Part shown: one piece after another, positions 19,079 through 26,445 of the stretch | Position numbering within the stretch: position 1 is the stretch's first letter | Layout of the letters: the number at the start of each line of letters is the position of its first letter | Assembly: GCA_965229565.1 (NCBI GenBank) | Contig: OZ245888.1 | Span: 37,801 to 101,800, forward strand | From: Gammaproteobacteria bacterium | GTDB lineage: Bacteria; Pseudomonadota; Gammaproteobacteria; Eutrophobiales; Eutrophobiaceae | Direction of reading: 5' to 3' | Length of the DNA stretch: 64,000 nt | Program-made: the position numbers and the translations under genes | The notes under the pieces: generated by a model | Databases searched by the model: none | Seen by the model: the letters and a program-made list of their open reading frames with translations, nothing else | What the model was told of the DNA's origin: nothing

Positions 19079-19480
19079 ATGAAAGATTCTCTTACAAGTG
19101 GCACCCATCATATCGGCTTAACCGTATCGAACCTTGAAGAAAGTGCAGAGTTCTTCATATCACTACTTAATTGGCAGGAAGTACGTAGAAATGACGAATA
19201 CCCGGCCTTTTTTGTCAGTGATGGAGAGATTATGCTTACCCTTTGGGCTGTAAAAGATCAGCCCGGCAATTCATTCAACAGAAAATCTAACGTTGGACTT
19301 CACCATTTAGCGCTCACAGTAAGTAACGAAGAAGCTTTGGATATTCTTTATGAAAAATTATCATCCAGTAATATTGAAATTGAATTTGCACCGGAGCTTC
19401 TTAGAGATGGCCCAGCAAAGCATATGATGTGCTATGACCCAAGTGGCATACGCATAGAGTTCATATGGCCCGGAAAATAA
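19079..19480 (+). CDS. VOC/glyoxalase-family protein
   Basis: Two beta-alpha-beta-beta-beta half-domains with HHIGLTV and HHLALTV motifs. Confidence 0.6.
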   Translation: MKDSLTSGTHHIGLTVSNLEESAEFFISLLNWQEVRRNDEYPAFFVSDGEIMLTLWAVKDQPGNSFNRKSNVGLHHLALTVSNEEALDILYEKLSSSNIEIEFAPELLRDGPAKHMMCYDPSGIRIEFIWPGK

Positions 19481-19502
19481 TAGTAATTAGCTAGATAATA
19501 AA

Positions 19503-19602
19503 TGGCGGCCCGGAGGGATTGACTCGCTACATCCCTGCAGCTCGCACTTCGTGCAAACTGCGTTTGCCCAAATCGGCAATCCTACCGATTTGTCGAACAT
19601 CG
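19503..19602. repeat. tRNA-3'-end-derived structured repeat, copy B (family shared with 53957-54067)
   Basis: Begins TGGCGGCCCGGAGGGA, which is the reverse complement of a tRNA-Arg acceptor/T-arm 3' end. It is followed by hairpins that retain pairing through compensatory substitutions relative to copy A. It ends with a CAAATCG...CGATTTG hairpin. Confidence 0.5.
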
Positions 19603-19662
19603 TTCTCGTCCCACCAACAGTAATCCATAAAAAAAACCACCTTGCGGTGGCTTTCTTATGGA

Positions 19663-19739
19663 TGGCGCGCCCGGAGGGACTCGAACCCCCAACCCTCGGG
19701 TTCGAAGCCCGATACTCTATCCAGTTGAGCTACAGGCGC
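19663..19739 (-). tRNA. tRNA-Arg, anticodon TCG
   Basis: Reverse complement GCGCCTGTAGCTCAACTGGATAGAGTATCGGGCTTCGAACCCGAGGGTTGGGGGTTCGAGTCCCTCCGGGCGCGCCA folds as a cloverleaf with a 7-bp acceptor stem and anticodon loop CTTCGAA. A T-run terminator lies downstream on the minus strand (19631-19656). Confidence 0.75.
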
Positions 19740-19827
19740 GGCGTATAACCCGGTGTAGTTGGGCGCCATTCTAGCACAATCCTGCTGGACGAAAATGCCC
19801 CTGTTTGCCGCCCTGCAAGCCAGAAAC

Positions 19828-19841
19828 TTGATCTGAATCAA
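19828..19841 (+). promoter_or_regulatory. Consensus FNR/ANR-type box TTGAT-CTGA-ATCAA upstream of hemN
   Basis: Perfect TTGATnnnnATCAA match centred ~70 nt upstream of the hemN start codon. Confidence 0.6.
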
Positions 19842-19903
19842 TCTGCCAACAGCCCTGCTGGCCTAGTATTACAGACACTCAACTGTGAGACCAGGAAACC
19901 CGC

Positions 19904-21280
19904 ATGTTTAACAGAGAATTAATCGGCCGTTACGATTTATCAGGGCCCCGTTATACCTCCTACCCATCGGCGCTGGAATTCCATGAGCAATTTGGCATGG
20001 ACCAGTACCAGCGACTAACGGAAAGTACTAACGAGGAACTGGTGCCGCGACCGCTATCGTTATATGTTCACTTGCCTTTCTGTAATACCGTCTGCTACTA
20101 CTGCGCCTGCAACAAGATCATCACTGCTAACCGGGAACGGGCCCGCCCTTACCTGGAGGACCTGCACCGGGAAATTGCGATGCAGGGCAATCTGTTTGAT
20201 AAGGATCGCGTGGTTAAACAAATGCACTGGGGCGGAGGTACGCCGACGTTTATTTCAAATGAGCAAACCATCACTCTCATGCAGAAACTATGGCAGCACT
20301 TCAAGTTGCTTAATGACGATAGCGGTGAGTACTCGATTGAGATCGATCCGCGCCAAATTAAACCGGAAAGCATTGGCCTGCTCAGGACGCTGGGCTTTAA
20401 CCGGTTAAGCCTGGGTGTGCAGGACTTCGACCCAGCCGTTCAACAGGCCGTAAACCGTAACCAGTCATATGAACAAACCCTGTTTTCCTTTGAAGAGGCG
20501 CGTAAACATGGCTTTCACTCCGTGAATATGGATTTGATCTATGGCCTGCCCAGACAAACAGTGGATACTTTCAGCGATACCATTGACAAGGTAATTAATC
20601 TCTCCCCCGAGCGGATTGCTATCTACAACTACGCGCATTTACCACACGTGTTCAAGGTACAAAAGCAGATAAACGAAAACGAACTGCCAGATGCCGAAAC
20701 CAAGCTGCAAATACTGGAGCGCGCAATTCGGACGTTAACAGATGCCGGGTATGTCTATATCGGCATGGACCATTTTGCCAAACCGGATGATGAGCTGGCC
20801 GTGGCGCAGCGCGAGGGACACCTCTACCGTAACTTCCAGGGGTATTCAACCAATGCCAACTGTGATGTTGTTGGTCTCGGTGTTACTTCCATCAGCAAGA
20901 TTGGCAACAGCTATTCACAGAATTACCGCACGCTTGAAGACTATCACGCGGCCATTACGCAAGGGCGTATTCCCGTATTCAGGGGTTACCAGCTGGATTT
21001 TGATGACGAATTACGACGTGAGGTTATCTCCCAACTGATCTGTCATTTCAACGTTTACTTCACCGAGATAGAGAAATTATTCCATATCGATTTTCGTGGC
21101 TATTTCGACGATGAGTTATGCAGGCTTACTGGCATGGTTGATGACGAATTGTTATTCATTGATGCCGAGAAAATTAGGGTATTACCCGCCGGTCGTTTCT
21201 TTATTCGTAATATCTGCTCGGTTTTTGACCGTTACATGAACAAGGAAACCTCGACCAGGCGCTTCTCCAGGATGATTTAG
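19904..21280 (+). CDS. hemN: Oxygen-independent coproporphyrinogen III oxidase (radical SAM)
   Basis: MFNRELIGRYDLSGPRYTSYPSALEF N-terminus, radical-SAM CxxxCxxC (CNTVCYYCAC), 458 aa. Confidence 0.85.
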   Translation: MFNRELIGRYDLSGPRYTSYPSALEFHEQFGMDQYQRLTESTNEELVPRPLSLYVHLPFCNTVCYYCACNKIITANRERARPYLEDLHREIAMQGNLFDKDRVVKQMHWGGGTPTFISNEQTITLMQKLWQHFKLLNDDSGEYSIEIDPRQIKPESIGLLRTLGFNRLSLGVQDFDPAVQQAVNRNQSYEQTLFSFEEARKHGFHSVNMDLIYGLPRQTVDTFSDTIDKVINLSPERIAIYNYAHLPHVFKVQKQINENELPDAETKLQILERAIRTLTDAGYVYIGMDHFAKPDDELAVAQREGHLYRNFQGYSTNANCDVVGLGVTSISKIGNSYSQNYRTLEDYHAAITQGRIPVFRGYQLDFDDELRREVISQLICHFNVYFTEIEKLFHIDFRGYFDDELCRLTGMVDDELLFIDAEKIRVLPAGRFFIRNICSVFDRYMNKETSTRRFSRMI

Positions 21281-22602
21281 GAATTGGAATACAAGTCGTC
21301 ACGCCTTAATGGTAAAGGCCAGGGCTGCTTCGCCTTACACGCCAATACCTGGTAAATATTGGTTTCACCCTTGTTAAAGTAATAGGCTGAGCCAGACATA
21401 TATAACAGCCAGAGCCGATACGTCGCCTCACCGGCAAGATGTTCAGCCTGGTCCTTGTTGTTATTTAATGCTTGTAACCAGCTTCTCAAGGTCATTACAT
21501 AATGTGGTCGTAACGACTCGACATCGGCAATTTCAAAACCGCAATTTTCCATTGCTTTCAGCACGGTACTAATCCGTGCCAGTTCACCGTCAGGAAAAAT
21601 ATACTCGTTGATAAATCGACGCTCGGGAGAATCATCCCAGCCAGTGTCATTAGTAATACCATGATTCAGAAAAAGGCCATTATCTTTTAGCAGGCGATTA
21701 ATTAAACCAAAATACAATTCAAAGTTTCTTGTACCTATATGTTCAAACATGCCAACGCTTACAATACGGTCATAACTGGCTGTCTGTTCCAGTTCCCTGT
21801 AATCACGCAACTCAATACGAATATCATCCTGTAACCCCAGCTTTGTAATTCGTTGCTGTGCAAGATCATATTGTTGTTCACTGAGCGTGATACCATGCAC
21901 ACTGACTCCATAGCGTTGGGCAGCGTGTATGGCGAGCCCTCCCCAGCCACAGCCTATATCCAGGACATGCATACCGGGCTGCAACCGTAACTTTCGGCAG
22001 ATATGCTCCAGTTTGTCGCCTTGGGCCTCGTCCAGTGTCTGTTTTGCATCCCTGAAGTAGGCACAGGAATAAACCATTTGTTTATCGAGAAACAGGCGAT
22101 AGAAATCATTACCCACATCATAGTGGTGAGAAATCGTTTCACGACTGTTGTAACGCTTGTCTGATTTCAGCTCGTTGGCGTCGCTGATCCTGGCAGGACC
22201 GGACAGACGTGCCAGGGCCAGTATTAACCTGAACTGGTCAAGCAATGGTATTGAGCAATCACGTAAATAGTCCACCAGACTAAACAGATCCTCGAAATCA
22301 CCCTCGACCTCTACATCACCTTGCAGGTAGGCAACCACCAACCTGGACAAGTCTTTATTCAGGATCAGAATGCGCAGCGGATACTGCTTTTTGAAAATAA
22401 GTGTGCAGCTGGCATACCGCGAACCAATGACAGGCAACCCATCCCATAACTGCAACGCGACAGGCCCACGGTAAGATGAAAATAGAATTCGCAAAACATC
22501 CCGACACAGCGCCAGGCTTTGCTGGCCCTGATGCTTTTCTGCACGGTTCCCTTGCAAATAGTTTGATCGAAAATCCGTGTTGTACTGCCGCGTATTGGTC
22601 AT
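21277..22602 (-). CDS. cfa: Cyclopropane-fatty-acyl-phospholipid synthase family SAM-dependent methyltransferase
   Basis: SAM motif VLDIGCGWGGLAIHAAQRYG and a CFA-synthase-like N-terminal region. 441 aa. Confidence 0.7.
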   Translation of the reverse strand: MTNTRQYNTDFRSNYLQGNRAEKHQGQQSLALCRDVLRILFSSYRGPVALQLWDGLPVIGSRYASCTLIFKKQYPLRILILNKDLSRLVVAYLQGDVEVEGDFEDLFSLVDYLRDCSIPLLDQFRLILALARLSGPARISDANELKSDKRYNSRETISHHYDVGNDFYRLFLDKQMVYSCAYFRDAKQTLDEAQGDKLEHICRKLRLQPGMHVLDIGCGWGGLAIHAAQRYGVSVHGITLSEQQYDLAQQRITKLGLQDDIRIELRDYRELEQTASYDRIVSVGMFEHIGTRNFELYFGLINRLLKDNGLFLNHGITNDTGWDDSPERRFINEYIFPDGELARISTVLKAMENCGFEIADVESLRPHYVMTLRSWLQALNNNKDQAEHLAGEATYRLWLLYMSGSAYYFNKGETNIYQVLACKAKQPWPLPLRRDDLYSNS

Positions 22603-22724
22603 ATTCTACACAATAAGCATAGATCAAATTTTCTACCTGTCATCCCCGGGACGGACACATTTTTCAAAAGAAATGATAATGAATTACCGCAATTTCTTTA
22701 CAATCAAATACTTCACCCCAAGTG

Positions 22725-24044
22725 TTAAGACTGGGTGTCGTTATCCAGGTGCTTTAGCCTCAGAAACACCCTTTCGGCGGTAACTATCAGAGCCATCCCT
22801 ATTATGGCTGCCCATAAAATTAATACATCTGTTTGCGCCTTGACTATCAAGAATGCACAAAGTACGACTACATCCAGCACAATTGCGATGACCAGAATTA
22901 CCGGGTTCGCATTGATGTCCTTATAAAGATAACGTAGCACACCCCAGTGTATGACGATGTCCATAATGATATAAAATATAGCTCCGAGTGATGCAATACG
23001 ACTCAGATCGAAAAACACAGTAAGCAAGATGGCGATGACTACCGTATAAACCAGGGTATGTTTCTGGATGCTACCAGGCATGCCAAAATGGCTGTGTGGT
23101 ACCAGTTTCATGTCTGTCAGCATGGCCAGCATCCTGGAGACCGCAAATACACTTGCTATCACTCCGGATACCGTCGCAATGATTGCAAATCCAACTGTAA
23201 ACCAGAGGCCGTAGTCTCCAAACACAGGACGGGCAGCCTGGGCCAATGAATAATCCCTGGCCTTGACAATTTCATCAATTGACAAGTTGCCACCAACGGC
23301 AAGCGAGACAAGCAGGTAAAGACACACGCAGATGACCAGAGAAATGATAATCGCACGCCCTACATTACGATGCGGATCCTTTATCTCACCGCCACTATTC
23401 GTAATCGTGGTAAATCCCTTGTAGGCAAGAATGCCAAGAGCAACAGCCCCCAGAAAGCCACTTACTGACGTGTCTTCTGGTGTAACTGAAATGCTATCAA
23501 AACTGAAGCCTGATGCATATAACCCTCCGGCAGCCAGGATCACTAACCCACCAATCTTGACGAAGGCCATAAAGAAAGAAAACGTTTGAATAAACTTGTT
23601 GCTAAGAATATTAACCAGGAATGCAAATACCAGTAACGCCACGCCTAGCGCGGGCACAAGCCAGGAGTCAGTTCCCGTATCAAATAGTTGTAACGTATAG
23701 GTGCCGAATGTACGCGCGACAAGACTCTCATTGATGACCATGGAGAAATACATCAACAGTGCAGAGACAGCGGTAACAGCACCCTTGCCATAGGCCTTTT
23801 CCAGGAACATGGCGATGCCACCTGCACTGGGATAGGCATTGGCCATTTTTACATACGAATAGGCACTAAAGCCTGCTACCACAGCCGCCGCAAGAAATGC
23901 CAGGGGGAACCATTCTCTGGCAAGTTCGGCTACCTGTCCCGTTAAGGCAAATATTCCTGCACCGATCATGACACCGGTGCCCATGGATACAGCACCCACA
24001 AGACTAAGGCTGTCCTTATTGTAATGGTTATCGTGATTATTCAT
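22725..24044 (-). CDS. APC-family amino acid permease
   Basis: 12 predicted TM helices with an APC signature near the N-terminus (SLVGAVSMGTGVMIGAGIFALTG). Confidence 0.75.
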   Translation of the reverse strand: MNNHDNHYNKDSLSLVGAVSMGTGVMIGAGIFALTGQVAELAREWFPLAFLAAAVVAGFSAYSYVKMANAYPSAGGIAMFLEKAYGKGAVTAVSALLMYFSMVINESLVARTFGTYTLQLFDTGTDSWLVPALGVALLVFAFLVNILSNKFIQTFSFFMAFVKIGGLVILAAGGLYASGFSFDSISVTPEDTSVSGFLGAVALGILAYKGFTTITNSGGEIKDPHRNVGRAIIISLVICVCLYLLVSLAVGGNLSIDEIVKARDYSLAQAARPVFGDYGLWFTVGFAIIATVSGVIASVFAVSRMLAMLTDMKLVPHSHFGMPGSIQKHTLVYTVVIAILLTVFFDLSRIASLGAIFYIIMDIVIHWGVLRYLYKDINANPVILVIAIVLDVVVLCAFLIVKAQTDVLILWAAIIGMALIVTAERVFLRLKHLDNDTQS

Positions 24045-24108
24045 ATAAATAAGATACTTTAAAATAAGGGTTTAGACATGATTGTCAAATAAAATGTCTG
24101 CATCACTT

Positions 24109-24291
24109 CTATTGGCTACGAATTGAGATTCCCATCGTTACCGGCCGAGGTTTTAACCGAGTGTTTGGCAAAATGGAACCAGTAAAAGTCTTTGCATAAA
24201 CAGGAACCATCATATTTAAACTGGTCATCATCCCTGTCGCAGCCATCAACTTAAGTAACTTCCGGCGTTTTAAATAGTACTTGTCTTGCAT
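24109..24291 (-). pseudogene. 60-codon remnant encoding only a twin-arginine signal peptide
   Basis: MQDKYYLKRRKLLKLMAATGMMTSLNMMVPVYA has a Tat-like RRKLLK n-region and h-region, but the ORF ends after 60 aa in an AT-rich non-coding stretch. Confidence 0.25.
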
Positions 24292-24557
24292 TTTTCACTC
24301 CAAAATAATATAGTTTTGCTTCAACTAGGAAATTAATCATCATTAATATCAAATAACTATCCTCTTTTTAAATTAACATTGGTTAGAATTTGAAGACTCC
24401 AGCCTTCAAGTAAATTTGTATAACATGCAATTATTCGACAATATCAATTACTCCAAGCCTTGTTTATTAAAGTAATATTGAATTCACCTGCTTCTACAAA
24501 AATAGTCCGGTTTTCGTTAGCGCCATACTTAAAAAAGATCCGTTTTAAAAGTTAAGG

Positions 24558-24908
24558 TTAATCTTTTTTGTTATTTCCCTTGGTATTTACAGAAGAAAAT
24601 CCTTGTCTTAATTCATAGCTTATACTTAAACTCAAAACGGTCCTTACCAGGATTACCGATGCCAGTAATGCAATGTGTTCTATGGTGGGAGTATGTATTG
24701 TAGCAAGGATATCTGCTGCTATAAGGAATTCCAGCGCAAAAACCAATCGCTGACAAAATTGTAGACGGAGTGGTTCGACATCATTATTGAGCCCCTTATT
24801 CAACCATGTATGTATTAGATCATACAATGACAAACTGGCCGCTCCGACAATGAACAGGCCCCCAACCCCTTCCAGAATCAATATCATTATATTCAGTAAT
24901 ATTTCCAT
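24558..24908 (-). CDS. Small membrane protein (DUF1622-like)
   Basis: 116 aa with three TM helices. Last gene of the minus-strand redox operon, 17 nt after the cytochrome gene. Confidence 0.4.
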   Translation of the reverse strand: MEILLNIMILILEGVGGLFIVGAASLSLYDLIHTWLNKGLNNDVEPLRLQFCQRLVFALEFLIAADILATIHTPTIEHIALLASVILVRTVLSLSISYELRQGFSSVNTKGNNKKD

Positions 24909-24925
24909 AATGTATTCACCTTATG

Positions 24926-25690
24926 TTAATGATGCTTATACCAACCGATTTTAGGAATATCATTCCAGTCGTTGGTTTTATGACAGATAAAACATTGAGT
25001 GACATCTGCATGTTTCACGTCGGCTACTTTCATTGACACCATCTTGAAATGTTCCATGTAATGGCTGGGCGGTGCCTGATGACATTGGGCGCAATCCGTT
25101 GACTTCGAACTGGGATGGAGAAATTCGGGGATAGTCCATGTGATGGTTGAATGGCATGTAGTACAGTCTGTGCCAAACAGGTCACGATGAGGGTCTTCAT
25201 TGGAATGACAACTAGCGCAGTTTAACCATGTTTCCTGAACTGATATACGTGCATGTGGTGCTGACATCTTTTCCAGATGGAGTTTTTTATCGACCGACAG
25301 CTCATTACTACCAATCCTTGCCAGCGTCACATGGTTCATTTCCGTCGGGCGCCGTTCACTATCCAGATGCTCGATATGACAGCTACGACAATTGCCTATC
25401 TCTGCATGAAAAGCGGTGGATTGCTTACCCAGTAACGTCTGGTTGCTAGCATGGCAGGTGATGCAGTTAAGCGGTTCCGGTCCCTTAACGGCAGTATGGC
25501 AGGCGGCACAGTTATGCTCCAGAAAAGTATGACCTGCCGATAAGGGACCGGGGCTGGCCATGCGTTGCCAGGTATTCGCGTCCAGCCAACCTGTGATCGT
25601 ATCGTCAGGATGTGGCTTTCCATATTGTGCCCACAGTAAGAGAATGCCGACTATCACTATCGAGCACAGCAAATATGGCCAGAGTTTCAT
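24926..25690 (-). CDS. Heptaheme cytochrome c, periplasmic with an N-terminal anchor
   Basis: ORF-track start at 25810 rejected in favour of the ATG at 25690 (MKLWPYLLCSIVIVGILLLWA), which overlaps the upstream gene stop as ATGA. Heme motifs: CAACH, CITCH, CRSCH, CASCH, CTTCH, CAQCH, CFICH, including doubled-CXXCH pairs. Confidence 0.75.
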   Translation of the reverse strand: MKLWPYLLCSIVIVGILLLWAQYGKPHPDDTITGWLDANTWQRMASPGPLSAGHTFLEHNCAACHTAVKGPEPLNCITCHASNQTLLGKQSTAFHAEIGNCRSCHIEHLDSERRPTEMNHVTLARIGSNELSVDKKLHLEKMSAPHARISVQETWLNCASCHSNEDPHRDLFGTDCTTCHSTITWTIPEFLHPSSKSTDCAQCHQAPPSHYMEHFKMVSMKVADVKHADVTQCFICHKTNDWNDIPKIGWYKHH

Positions 25691-26445
25691 GTAAACCACC
25701 TCAGCCCGAAATGTATGCCCCCCCAAATATGCAGAACCAGAAGACCGTAAAGAACAAACGCAATGGTGATATGAAACCTGAGCCACCACTGGAATGCGGA
25801 TTTGAACCATTCATGCATCCTGATTGCATACTCAACCTCGGCCATAGCATCGGCTAGAGCGAGTGCTCGCAAGTGCGGTAAACTTCCTTGCCCAATGTCT
25901 TCCCGTAACAAAATCCGGTTGGCGATCCAGCGTGTGAACAGACCGGAAAACGGACGTACCAGTGCAGCCTGTCCCTGATTGGTAGCCAACTCAGAGGCGA
26001 CCTGACGGTAATTGATTTCCAGTTCGGTAAGTATCTCTTTCTTTTCACTGATAGTTTGCGAAAAACGTTTCAACAAGTAACGGCCTACAAATCCGCTCAG
26101 CACTACCACCAGTGTCATCCCCGTAAGTGCAATACCCAGAGTGCTATCGAATTTGTGGCTTGAATGGATGATTACTAGAATAGGTCCCAGCACCCCGGCG
26201 TAAATATGCCAGGCCAGCAAGGTTCGCATGGAAACAAACTGTGTAACCCAGCGATTAAGTAGCTTAACGCGCTTCACCACAAGATAAACCAATGGAACCA
26301 GCATCAACACTGCACCTGTCACACCAAATACGCCACCCCAAAGACTACCGGCAAATCGCGGAGATTGATGAAACAGGAATCCCAGCCAGAAGATCAGCAT
26401 TAACAAAACTAGCGCTGTGACTATGATCGGTTCGCGCTCCTTCAT
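25687..26445 (-). CDS. Ferric-reductase-domain-like di-heme-b integral membrane protein
   Basis: ~6 TM helices with two HX13H pairs (HIYAGVLGPILVIIH; HITIAFVLYGLLVLH). Translationally coupled to the flavoprotein gene upstream (ATGA) and the heptaheme gene downstream (ATGA). Confidence 0.6.
   Translation of the reverse strand: MKEREPIIVTALVLLMLIFWLGFLFHQSPRFAGSLWGGVFGVTGAVLMLVPLVYLVVKRVKLLNRWVTQFVSMRTLLAWHIYAGVLGPILVIIHSSHKFDSTLGIALTGMTLVVVLSGFVGRYLLKRFSQTISEKKEILTELEINYRQVASELATNQGQAALVRPFSGLFTRWIANRILLREDIGQGSLPHLRALALADAMAEVEYAIRMHEWFKSAFQWWLRFHITIAFVLYGLLVLHIWGGIHFGLRWFT

Noticed and set aside
25691-25810. Long N-terminal extension of the heptaheme cytochrome ORF
   Set aside because: It would overlap the upstream membrane-protein gene by 120 nt. 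The ATG at 25690 gives a proper signal anchor and an ATGA coupling junction.
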